This document shows, piece after piece, positions 51,395-63,052 of a stretch of 64,000 nt of DNA. The DNA is from Camelus dromedarius. Lineage: Eukaryota. Location of the stretch: assembly GCF_036321535.1 (NCBI RefSeq), contig NC_087436.1, positions 44,456,001-44,520,000 of the forward strand. The letters run 5' to 3'. The translations under genes and the position numbers were made by a program. The notes below the pieces were generated by a model. It saw nothing but the letters and a program-made list of their open reading frames with translations, had not been told where the DNA came from and searched no databases. The number at the start of each line of letters is the position of its first letter. The stretch's first letter is position 1.

Positions 51395-51899
51395 ATAGTG
51401 TTTTAGTACACACAAATTACTTCCAGAAAAACTTTCCTTATCAACATTTCCTTATATTTTATAATTCTTAAGATATATATATATAGTATACATATTATAG
51501 ATATAATATAACATATATTTATGTTTTATCTATTTTTTGGTTGAGAAACCTGTATTGGATGTGTATGTATGTATTTCTTTTCCATATAACTTAAACAAAA
51601 CTGAATCACTTTTCTTCAATTTTCCTAAGACATAATTCCCCAATGCAAAACATAATCTTGAAAATTGTCCATTCTTAAAAAAATAATTTTGAATAAAATT
51701 ACTTGTCAATTTTAATTCAAGTGTTAAGTCTAAATACCTTAATTTTATCATTTGGTAAACTTACTTTATACAGTATCTTGGAAGCCAAAATAGCCTGAAG
51801 CATGGGATACCATGTATTCCTTAAAGGCACACTAGACCTCAGGAGATAATCTTACTAAGAAGTGCTTTGAATAAGAATAATTAGGTTATAAATTATGAT

Positions 51900-52500
51900 T
51901 ATTTTTATAAATATTTTTTAAAACTCCATGGTGTCCAGCACTCATGTATGACATCAAGTCTAGAGATGCATAGATTCTTAAAGAGCTTACTATTGGTGTG
52001 ATGGATTAGACCTAAGAAGAAAGAGAAATAAATATGATAAATATACTAATCTCTGATAGGGATTTAGAATAAAATATTATCAGAGTTCAGAGAAAGCACA
52101 TAGATTGCTTCAAGTCATGAAGGAAATCAAGGGCTGCTTCAAAGAAGAAATGGCATTTCAACTAGTTCTTGTAGATGCAACTTGACAAAAATGAGTAAAG
52201 ATCATTTCCATTAGAGGAATAATTTACATACAACATTAGAAAGGACAAAAGGTGAGAATCGATGGAATAGAAGAAACGATGTTGTTAAATGTGTCTCCTG
52301 CATAGAGGGCTGAGGAAGACCATGAGTTAACAGGTTGTGCAGGTAGATGGGGACAGATGAGCTTGAAATCATTGGCAAAATCATCGTAGGCTTAATGCAG
52401 TGAGAAAAGGTGTTGTGTTCTTGCCATACATTGTTTTAGGAAAGAAAGGTGGAGACAGATGATAGAGAAATGAGAGATGAGAGGCAGAAAGAATATTGAA
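51900..52500 (-). mobile_element. L2 fragment
   Basis: AAAGAGCTTACT...ATCAAGGGCTGCTTCAAAGAAGAAATGGCATTTCAACT...CATTTCCATTAGAGGAATA. Confidence 0.65.
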
Positions 52501-55135
52501 TACCTTCAGAATAAATTTGAACTCTACTGTCCACCTAAAAGTTATCCCCAGCTTTCCAAAAGTTCGCTTGACGCCACTTTGCTTTTACAAAAGACCTACA
52601 TTAGTGCCTGTTTTCCATAACTGAAAGAAATTCAAAGAGGATTTTTGCTTTTAAGAAAAAAAGGTGAAAAGAGAAAATCCTGCGCCCAAACAGTGAGGGT
52701 AGCACTGCCAAGCTCTTTCTCCAGGAACTACACTCAGATCTCAGCATCAGGCAGCCATGGCTTTGGGCTGTGTCCCTGAGCATCTGTGCTTTTTCTCCAT
52801 TTATGTTTTGCATCCATTAGCAAGATGGGTCATAAGGGAACTACTTAGCTTTACACCATTTTAGCTTAACTGAAGGTTTCATAGAAACAGTCTACTTTCG
52901 GATAGTGAGGAAAACGTGTATAATTGAATATTTGTTATAATCTTGGTCCCTTGAAGTTAGTGAGCCCTACCTTATATTACTCTGCTAAAAAAGAGTAAGA
53001 ATGTTATTTATTTGAAAGCATGACCAATGTATCAATCCCAAACTGAGAATCTGGGAAGGAAGATGAGGAAAATCTTCAAAAAGATTTGCCAGTTTTAAAA
53101 AAATAGTGAGATTAAAAATCCATAAACCTTCAATGGGGATTTTTATTCACAATAAAAAATTTCAAAATTTTCTATTAAGTCTTGTTCTTCCTTGGATAGA
53201 TTAACTGTGTTTTATCTTTATTTGTATTCATATACTCCATTAGCATTTTAGAAACAGATATGATAAATGTCATAACAATGTTATCTATTGCAAAACGAAA
53301 GTGTAAGTTAAAGAGGGCGGTGTACTGCTTCTTCCCCAGGACCTGGGACTATGCCTAACTCATGAGAGCCGCTGAGTATTTATTTGCCTGATGGACAAAT
53401 AAATGTTTAATCTGAATCAAAAGTACATACAGTTTAATTCCTATTCTGTATTCTAGAAATGTGAATAAATATTTATGAACTTAAACTTTTCTGAACATTT
53501 GGAGTTTCAGTATTACTCTTCTTGTTTGTATTGTTGAGAGCTTTTAAAAGAAATATAGATGTTACAGGTTTCAAGCTAAAAATTCAAATTTTATGGCTTT
53601 TATCAAACTATACTTGCCTTTATTCTTTAAAATTTTGCTGGCATCAAAAGAAGTAAATATATACGTGAAACCAGATGCCTTTTAAAAGGTCAATGTGAAC
53701 ATATAACTAATTAATACTCATTCATCTTCAGCCCATGTTTATCTCTCCCCTGCCCAAACCCCAGCTCCCCACCCAGACATATAGTACTAATTGTCAAAAT
53801 TAGATTAATACTCAATATATCTATATTAACACAAACACAAAGAAACGACTCAAGATATGTTGTGTCATTCCTGATGGGCTTAGTCAAATGAAATGTTCAT
53901 GTTACAGAGCAGACCTGAAGGAAAAATTGCTTATTTTTATTTAAATTGAATGATAAGTTTTTCTTTCTGGCTGTGAAGGACATAAATATCCTGCTAACTT
54001 TTTTAAAAATGAAAATCTATTTTATTTTTGCAGGTTAATGCTATGTGTACACATACAACATGTATATTTTACTATTATAGTTCACTCTTCTAAGTATCTT
54101 TTAAGTATAATTTGAAAGTAATGTTATAAATACAGACTGAAAATTCTTAATATCAAAATGACTAGTCCCTTCAGTCTAAAGTGGAAGCAAAAACATCATG
54201 TAAACTCTTTGCTGTTCAATATCTGGTTTATTTCCTATAGGTGGACCCTTTCAGTAGTCATTTGATCATGACAAAATATTAATGAAGGAAATGTTTTCCA
54301 AGCTTTTTATACTTTCGAATCACAGTGCAGTAGTGCTTTTCTATGTGGTATTTAAATATAAAGGGAGAGTTAAATGGCAAGTGGTCTCCAAAGTGGACTT
54401 CATAAATGTCTTATTTGCAAATAATTACATAGTATTATAGCACATACTGTTATAACACAGAATTATACAGAATATCTAGAGATTTGGTGGTTCTTAGTAG
54501 AAATAATAATTTCTTATTTATAATGAATACATACATATTTACAATAAAATTGAAAGTAATTTTATTACCAATCATTCTGAATTAAAAGATACCTTCTTTT
54601 GAAGTGTTCTTCAAAGGAATTAAAAAGCAAGCAGAAATTGAAATGGTTTTCAGTAAGTGGCCTTATTGCTGAACTATTACAAGGAAAAACATTTATTAAT
54701 CGTATGGTTCAGTCAGTACAAACCCTGATCTGAAACCCTTTTAAATGGATTCTTTCACCCATTGTAAAACTGTTTTACATTAGAATGGTGTACCTGTGTT
54801 TTTGTCATATGAATGCCAGAGTTTATGCATTGCATAGTAAGATTGTTGAATATAGGAGTTACAGAGTTATGGAGAAACTATTGTGACAATTCAATAATGT
54901 TATAGATTTTAGAGGAGTGAGATTATCCACAGAAATTTGATTGATTTTTAAACTACAAACTTCGTTAAAATAATGTAAGGCATATATGTATTTTTTAATT
55001 GAAAGAAATTAAAATTAGCTTTATTTAGAAAATTCTGCTACACCCTTTATGATGTCTAGTAATAAAACACATTAAAGATCAAATCTGGAATTTAGTTCTT
55101 GAAAATTTTTTTGAAATCTGAACTTCTAATCAGTG

Positions 55136-55154
55136 ACTCCAGCAGAGGGCACCA
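55136..55154 (+). promoter_or_regulatory. Candidate CTCF binding site
   Basis: ACTCCAGCAGAGGGCACCA; the core CCAGCAGAGGGCAC fits the CTCF consensus CCASYAGRKGGCRS. Confidence 0.6.
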
Positions 55155-55217
55155 GGTATGATTTCCAACCCTGAAAAGTCTTTCTTCTCCTGCCTTTGGT
55201 TTCCTTAAGTCATGCAG

Positions 55218-55236
55218 GAGCTCCCTCTGCTGTCCT
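55218..55236 (-). promoter_or_regulatory. Second candidate CTCF site, convergent with the first
   Basis: Minus strand reads AGGACAGCAGAGGGAGCTC, with two deviations from the core consensus. Confidence 0.4.
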
Positions 55237-55661
55237 TTTAGACCAGAGAACAGAAAGATGTCAGTGCATTGACCTAAAATCTCACAAATTTTGTGCAACT
55301 ATGAGCATTATTGCTCAATGTTGTGGTTGTAAGATCTAGGCAACTTCACTACCCACAGGATTGCAAGAAAAGACAGCAAACAAGTTGAGTAAGGCTTAGT
55401 TAAATACTTCTGTAAATAAATGCCAACAAATATTATTTCTTCTAAGGCGACTAGGTAAGCAAATAAAAGATTCAAATGCTACTTGGATGTTATGTAGTAA
55501 GAGGGGAAAATGGCACATAGACATTGATCTTTGATTAATTGTAATGAATTAATACATCAAAATATTTGAGTAAATGCCTCTGTGAGTGCATAAATGTGTG
55601 TGTACATATTTGTGTATTTGTGTGTGGATGTATGTGCATGGATGTGTGTGTTTATGCATGT

Positions 55662-55664
<3 letters not shown>

Positions 55665-55697
<33 letters not shown>
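55665..55697. repeat. (TG)16 microsatellite with a degenerate RY flank from about 55585
   Basis: Direct reading. Confidence 0.97.
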
Positions 55698-55698
<1 letters not shown>

Positions 55699-57230
55699 CT
55701 AGGTGAAGAAAAGAGGGTTGGGGGGAAAGGGATACTACGTACTTGACCCCTGCTACTACTTTTGATCCAAGTTATTTTTCATTAGTTTTTTTATTTGTAT
55801 TTTCATTTTAAATGAAACTAGAGAATAGATTTTGGCAGACTCTTAGTTTGTCCACTTATCTAACAGAATACAAATAAATGAGGTTGTTTGATTCTTCACA
55901 TGCAAAAAGAATACCTATTGAAGCAAATGTCTTAGTTGGTTTCTTTAATGGATCGTTTCAAGCTAAATTGCAAGATAATTGCCAAAAAACAGCCTTTCTT
56001 ATTTTGCTACAAACTTATTTCTGTCCAATTTCTGTAGCAAAGCAATTAACAAATTAGTAAAATAATTTTGATTTTAATTTCAAGTAAGTATTCTAATTCT
56101 TTGCTTTCCTACCTGGATTTGCCTTAATTTTATGTATTTATAAATGAAATCATGTTAGTCTTTTATACCTCAAACCAAACATAGGCCACAATTTCAAGCA
56201 AAATTACGGATATTCTGTGTTAAGATCCACCAGATTCTTTTTAGTAATGAATTTTAAGAAATGGAATATTCAAGCTTTAATATTGCAATAACAATAGAGC
56301 TCTTTCTACTAATTGACCAAGTGAGTTTTAAAATTGTTAATAATAAACAATTATTATCTGTAGTATATTAATTGAATGGCTAAATGACAAGGGAAAAAAA
56401 GAGAAATAATCTTATGTAATATGATAAGAAACATATGTTATCAGACCTATTGGGCTATTCCAAACTCTATAAATGGTAGGGTTCTTGTGGGAGAAAACCA
56501 ATGTCTTGAGGACTTTTTGTAATATTTCTCTTGTGGGGTGTGGAATAACATGTGTAATGCTGTCTGGCTGCATGAAGTTGCCATCTTGAATATAGACATT
56601 CTTTGTACCACTGACACTACTATATTTATGCAGTAGTTCTGGGACCAAAATTTGGAAAAAAAATTTTTAAAAATCACCCCTAAGATATTTTTGTTTCATT
56701 TTTACAATCATATAAATTTATTACCCCATAGGTTTACCCTAGAGAACATTTAGTTTGGTTAGTCCGTTTGCCTCATGATTGTCCCAGGTTTTAGGGCCTG
56801 GTTGAAGTGCAGAAGGCAAAATGTTAAACTTTAAGGAGTAATGCAATTTTAGGTATAGCAAAACAAATCCCTTTTTTGCATTTTAGAATAGATCTTTGGG
56901 TGTGGTATATTTCAAGGGTAGATTTTACTCTTCCAATTTGGAGTCATTTTAGTTAGGAAATTATATTTTTGAAAATTAATTTTCCTTACTTCACACTTTG
57001 TTCCAAAGCATTGTGGAAAATTTAGATCACTATCTTGCCTTTAACATCACTGAGTTCTTAAAATTGATGGGAAGACTTGCCCACCTTGTTTGTGTAATTC
57101 CTATCCCTTGTCCTTACCAGTTGCTTGTCTCTAAAAGCAATTGATGATGCCAAAATCTCATGCCAAATTAAGTATTTTACTTAATATTATGACTAAAAAT
57201 ACATTTGTTCAGAAATAAGAAACTCTATGT

Positions 57231-57511
57231 TTTATTTAGAGACCAATAAAGCATTTCCAAAGAACAGGTCACTCTAATTAGGTATAAATAATTTTTAGGT
57301 GATTTTATATTAAAAAGTTTGCCTAGATATACTTATAAAGATAGGATTTGGCATGTTTGCATATTATATGAATATTTTTCTTTAGAATTGCTAACCATTA
57401 AAAAAAAAAAATGACTCAGATTCACACAGCAGCCTTCTTTGCTGTCACTAATCCCTACAGATCAGACTGAGTTGTTCGGGCTGTGCTTCCTGCCTGAACC
57501 CGCCTAAGGAG
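57231..57511 (-). other. Candidate terminal exon B of an unidentified minus-strand gene
   Basis: Acceptor TTTTATTTTGTTTTTATTCTGTTTTCAG|CTCCTT, with the exon starting at 57511. A GC-richer first ~90 nt has a phase-0 stop at 57457-57455. AATAAA at 57236-57231. Confidence 0.35.
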
Positions 57512-58217
57512 CTGAAAACAGAATAAAAACAAAATAAAAATTTGGCAAAGATCCTTTTCATTATTTTTTAGGAATTCCAGAACTTGTTGTCAAATTATTT
57601 GAACTTCAAAGTGGTTCCCTGTCTCTCTGTCATTGTCTGTGTGTAAAATCCTATTCATTGTCTTCATAAAAGAGGGCCCAGGTCTTTTCAGGGAGCTTTT
57701 CGAGTAACCTCTGCATATCCCAGCAATAAGAAGGCATTGTAGCTGTGTAAAACTGGAGCATATCAAACTTTTTCTCCTTGGAATAAGAGTTCTTACAGAA
57801 ACATAAAAATCTCAGGGGATTGGGTTTTTGTTTGCTTGTTTTTTTGTTTTGTTTTGTTTTAGGATAGCCTGTAAAATGATCTGCTTAAAATATGAGTTTT
57901 TTTTTCCTTTCCTTATTTTTTTAAAGATAAGGGGAATTAGAACTACAGATAATTCATACGGATCAAAGTGGATTGGTTTAGTTATTTGTTGTAAGGTTTT
58001 ATTTGAATCTTTTGCAGAAAGATTATTGGTTAAGTCTTGTTGGGTCTCTGTTCTGCAACTCTAAGCTCTCTGTTATTTATAATATTTTAACAGGGATTAG
58101 TGGAAGGGAGGTAAAGTGATAAACTTCCACATTTAAATAGTTTTTCTGGCAAATTTTAGTTAAAATATCACAGACTATATTTGCACAGACAAAAGGCACT
58201 GACAGAGCATCTGTCTG

Positions 58218-58249
58218 CCGGTGACTCACGAGTCCGGTGACTCACGAGT
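58218..58249. repeat. Perfect 16-bp tandem duplication, each copy with an AP-1 motif
   Basis: CCGGTGACTCACGAGT twice; TGACTCA at 58222-58228 and 58238-58244. Confidence 0.95.
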
Positions 58250-59159
58250 CTGGTCTCTCCTGTGGACATTTGTCCATGGAGGACATTTCACAATAGGAAA
58301 CCCCCTGGACAATGTGCCCATCAGGCTAATTGTTAATATTCCTCGTTCTCACAAATACTACCGTGCCTTCACGAGTGGTATAATAAGAATTTTTAGAAAG
58401 TTGGACCAAAAATGTTCAAATTTTATAATTCTACATCCCCTGGAAGGTATCTTCCACCAATACATTCTTCAGGGCAGTATGTTACCTTCGAAGACTATCA
58501 ATCTAGAGAGATGGACTGTGGAGATAATCCTCCTTACTATAACATAATTTTCAGTTCTATAATAAACACATATATTTTGCACAAAAGAAGTTCATTCTAT
58601 ATACATATTTTCCCCCTCTAATATGTCTCCCCCTCTGACAAAAGTTTGAGTCATTGTGTTTTTCTTTTAATTTGCCACTCTAGCTCCATTCAGGTGGTGC
58701 CCACATCAGCTAGTTTCCAATGGAAATTTAAATCTTATTTTCTCTATCTTAGGAAGCTGAGCTTATTGGGAAAGAATTTTTTCTGTGAGTAATTCAGACT
58801 GGGTGTTTTTGTTTCCCATAGAAGAATGTAATCTGTTGCTCAGCTGGTAGACTGTAATCTATGAGAACAGCATAGCTGTGTAGTTTATGAGGATAGCCAG
58901 GACCACATAATCACACAGGACTCCTCCTGCTATCCACTGGTTATCTATGTATCTATACACACATCTTTTCATTTATCTGCCAACTGTATTCCATCCAGAC
59001 ATCAACCCAATCATCTTTGTTGATTATACTCCACCTTGCTTCATAAATAACTTGTTATAGTTGACAACTAAATGGACAACTCAAAAATACATACAATATG
59101 TATCAAAGCTTCCAGGACTATGGCAAAAGGGAAAACAAGAGTGTAACCTCCTGGAGGTG

Positions 59160-59216
59160 AAGGACTAAGCACATAAAATATGCCCAATAATTATTTGTTG
59201 AATACATGAATGAATA
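59160..59216 (+). mobile_element. L2 3' terminus
   Basis: GCACATAAAATATGCCCAATAATTATTTGTTGAATACATGAATGAAT. Confidence 0.7.
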
Positions 59217-62200
59217 GGGAAATTATAAATGTGAGGGCAAGATTAAAAGGTAAAAATGTATAGTTTATCTCTTGGCTTCTGGGTAGCCAAACACATACAA
59301 AATTGGAAACCTGATAAAATCAGATTTTTATTTTTCAAAGTTTTCTCTCTAGACAAGAAGTGTGGTAATTAAGGGGAGACTATGAAGTGAGTTGTTCTGC
59401 CGTATGTATGGGGGCGTATTTTCTCTTCATTCCTAAAAAACTGCATGGATAGTATTCTCTGGAATTTGAATGAGAGAATATAGCTATTAAGGAAAACGAA
59501 AAAAAAGTTTCTAATCAGTTTTCTAATGGCCCAGTTTTTTCAAATAATGCTTCAGTTGTGAAGTTCTTAATAATAAGTTCTTAAAATTATATATTCAAAA
59601 TCTGGAAAATATTTATTTTCTGGATAGAAAAAAGAAATGGAAAATCTCCATCTTACATGTCATTTTAGATTAATGTAAGAGTTGTCATAGTAAGTCTATC
59701 TACTAGCCCCACTTTTTTCCAGTGAAAAGTTTGCTGTGTAGAGCAAAGGACCCTGGATCTTTCATGATCTCACCCACAAAGTTTAGACTTAGAAAAAAGA
59801 CACTCTACTTTCTGCGACTAACCGTTTGTTACTCTGTTATCTATAAATTCATATACACTTTAAAATTTTCATTTTCAGGATATTTTCAACCCTAGAATAT
59901 GATTAAGATATTCCTATTTATGCCTATGTATTCACTCCCCCCCACACACATAACACAATATAGATGGAGTGTGTCTCTGGGTGTGTGTATGTGTGTATAT
60001 GTATATAGTCACACATTATTATGCCCTTTGCATATCCAGGGTAACTGAACATACTTCTGCATGAATGTGCATGCATTCACATGTATATACTATTGCAGAC
60101 ACAGCCTACATGCTCTTCCAATTGTCATGTCGACCTTGCACATTGCTATTTCTCAACCTTCATGGCCTCAAGCATAAACATACCTCTCCTCCCCTGTTTA
60201 CTGATTTACTCTTCATCAGATAAACACAATCCTGTGACCATGACCTGCCCTCTTATCCTGTCTTTCTTTTCCAACCAAAGGAGCTGTGACTGCCTGAGAT
60301 CCCTATGGGGGGGTGGTGGTGCAGGATATCACTTATCAGTGGTAAAGTTTGGGATTCACACAAGGGAAGCTGACATTTCTGTGCAGTACAGTGACTATCT
60401 GGAGCCAGCAGATGTTACTCTGCGTGTTTTAAGCTTAATGACCTCTCCTACTATGTAAAGATTATAGTGTTTCATTTCTCAGTAAACTTAAATGAAAACC
60501 TACTATTTGAGAAGGAATATCATTTCTCCTGGGAAATCAAATCAATACCAGTTCTCTAGTTTCAATAGTTACAGTAAGTGCATATTTCTCATGCTTTATT
60601 CACAAAGGCATCCCTTCATACAAATAAGTTTAGATGCTGGCTAAAATTCAACTGGGGCAGCCCAAGTCTGTAAGAACATTGACAAATCAAGGTTTTCACA
60701 CAGATATCATTCGCGCATTTTGCTTGCATGTATTAAATTAATAATCGAGAAATATGGTTGAAAGTATATATACCATTGGCAACCACAAATGTCTATATTA
60801 CAGATTATGTGGTTGGGCTGAAAGCTATTGCATGCAGAGAATGCCCGGCACCAGCTTGCTCTTCTGAACACCATGACAGTATGAATTATCATATATTAGA
60901 GAAGAAAAAGTCTGTTAAATCAAAAGGGATAAATTTAACTTTTGTAGTCTAAGAAAGGTCTGACATTTTGACTTTTATATCATTGACTAGAAAAAAATAC
61001 TTTAGCTGTTGGCATTAACCATGGTTCAAACCTTATTCACTAGCAGGATGTCTTTTTTCTTATTTGCAGTTAATTGTTCAGTACATTTCTTTACACTCCT
61101 TTCTTTGAGTCTCCATTTTTACCATGAATTTTTAGTATAAAAACTCCACTGTTCCCAGAGTTTCTGGCTTTTATGCTAAACTGTTTTCTGTGCTCTAGTT
61201 ATTAATACTTACAACAACACCATAGGGAAAATATTTCTTTAGCCTCAGAGTCTCAAAATGAGTCAGATACTTCATTTTTATATACCGTCCCACAAAAAAG
61301 TGGCAAATCAAGAGAAGGTCCCAGGAATTTATTTTACGTAGCACATCCATTAGTTGTCCATGTTATTAGTTTCTAGTATTACACAGTAAAGCAGCCCAAG
61401 TGGATTCCAAATGTGCCGCAAATTTCCACAAATTTACCGTATTTTTTTCCAGGCTGTGCTCACCACTTCTTTCCCTTCCTGCCTGACAATATGTTGCCAT
61501 GCTATAAAAGCCCTAATGCCCATTTTCAACGATTAGCTGTACATCAGCATTACCACCACAAATCCACAAGTTTCACATCAAGCATTAAATGGGATGAATA
61601 TTGATCTGCTAAAGAGGATTTATTTATTTCTAGCTCTATCCAAAGATCAACTGCTAGCAGCTTTTGGGGGATCTGTGAAGCTCTCACAGCACAAAGCTAC
61701 TGCATACATGACACTGGACTTGACATTTCAGTTCTGGAAGAAAACCAAACAGTAAATTCAGTGCAATAATCCTAGATAAATGAGATGATCACTGGAAAAG
61801 CTGAGATAGTTAAGTGGTCTATCAGAGAAGTCCAACGGATGGTATTGAACAGTTGCTACATAGAATCCTCACTCATGTCAATATGGTCCAAAGCACCATC
61901 ATATCAGATGCCAATATAATCACATTAAAACAGGCTCTACCTCTTGCTTTGATTTCTCTGCCTGTGTGTTTTGCTGGATTTACAAGTGATTGTATATAAT
62001 ACACAATGTGACAAAAGCTGTAGCCTAAAGGGCATGCACAACAATTGTTTTGAATGTGTAAGCTGCATTATAATGTAGCATGACGTTTATGAAATGCATT
62101 AAATCGAATTATGCTATATAGCGTGTGGGATGCAGCTCTGTAGTCTTACTGATGGCACAGGGTTGAGGGGGCAGATCTGAGTAGCTTAAAGCTCATCAGT

Positions 62201-62469
62201 TTTGAAAACAAGAAAGATCAGATTCTGTCATAAATTTTCTAAGACTTGTGGAGTTCCCTCTTTCCCCCCAATTTGGAATAACTGTTCTCCTCTATACCAT
62301 TCAAGTACTATGATCACCTTAAAACTCACAACTGAACATTGGCTGAACCAAATAAATATTCGGCTTTTGCATAAATTCAGTGTTGCTGGGAGAGTTGTCC
62401 TTTAACTTTAGCGCAACCAAAAATGTACTTCTACCCATGTGAGTGTTGAAAAAAGAACCCCCCCATAAA

Positions 62470-62834
62470 TCTTTGAAATTGATTCAGTTTATTTAATAGA
62501 ATCAGGCTAAACAACCATTTATTTAAATTTTTTCGTCATCAAAAATGTAAAAATTAAATAAATTGGAACAGACTTTTTTGTGTGTCTATATGTATACATG
62601 AAAAATGCTTCCATTAATTCATTTTCTTGGTCCAAATCATTACACAAATTCAGTAAGCTCAGCACTATACATACAAAAATAATTTGTAGTGTAGACTGAT
62701 GTAATAAAAATAGTCATTTATTTGTCATTTTATACCACTTTATTCATTTTAAAACACAACAACTGGAAACCGTCCATTTTACTTTGCCTTGTAGAGGCAC
62801 CACCTTAAAAGGAAGTTTCATAAATCCGTAGAGG
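62470..62834 (-). other. Candidate terminal exon A and 3' UTR of an unidentified minus-strand gene
   Basis: Very strong acceptor: branch-like GCTAAG, then TTTTCTCTCTCTTTTTTTTTTTCCCTCAG|CCTCTA, with the exon starting at 62834. Minus-strand AATAAA at 62744-62739, 62722-62717, 62523-62518 and 62493-62488. The last one is followed by a G/U-rich tract. Confidence 0.5.
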
Positions 62835-63042
62835 CTGAGGGAAAAAAAAAAGAGAGAGAAAAACATCTTAGCTTTTCTTCTAGCCTTTACTGTATTATGT
62901 GTTGCTGTTTGATTGTTTACACTTGTTTTAATTATTAAACTTGTCAAAAGGTAGAGTGAGTCTAAACACCTGAATAAATGAAAAAGAATTAAAAAAAAAG
63001 AATGAAAGTAAGAAACGGGTCGAGCTTTTGTGGTTCTAAAAT

Positions 63043-63052
63043 ACCGGAAGTG
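63043..63052 (+). promoter_or_regulatory. Perfect ETS/GABPA-type motif
   Basis: ACCGGAAGTG, with an intact CpG in otherwise CpG-poor DNA. Confidence 0.35.

Noticed and set aside
16963..58249. Short direct repeats as a CRISPR-like array
   Set aside because: They are isolated two-copy tandem duplications without spacers, in mammalian DNA.
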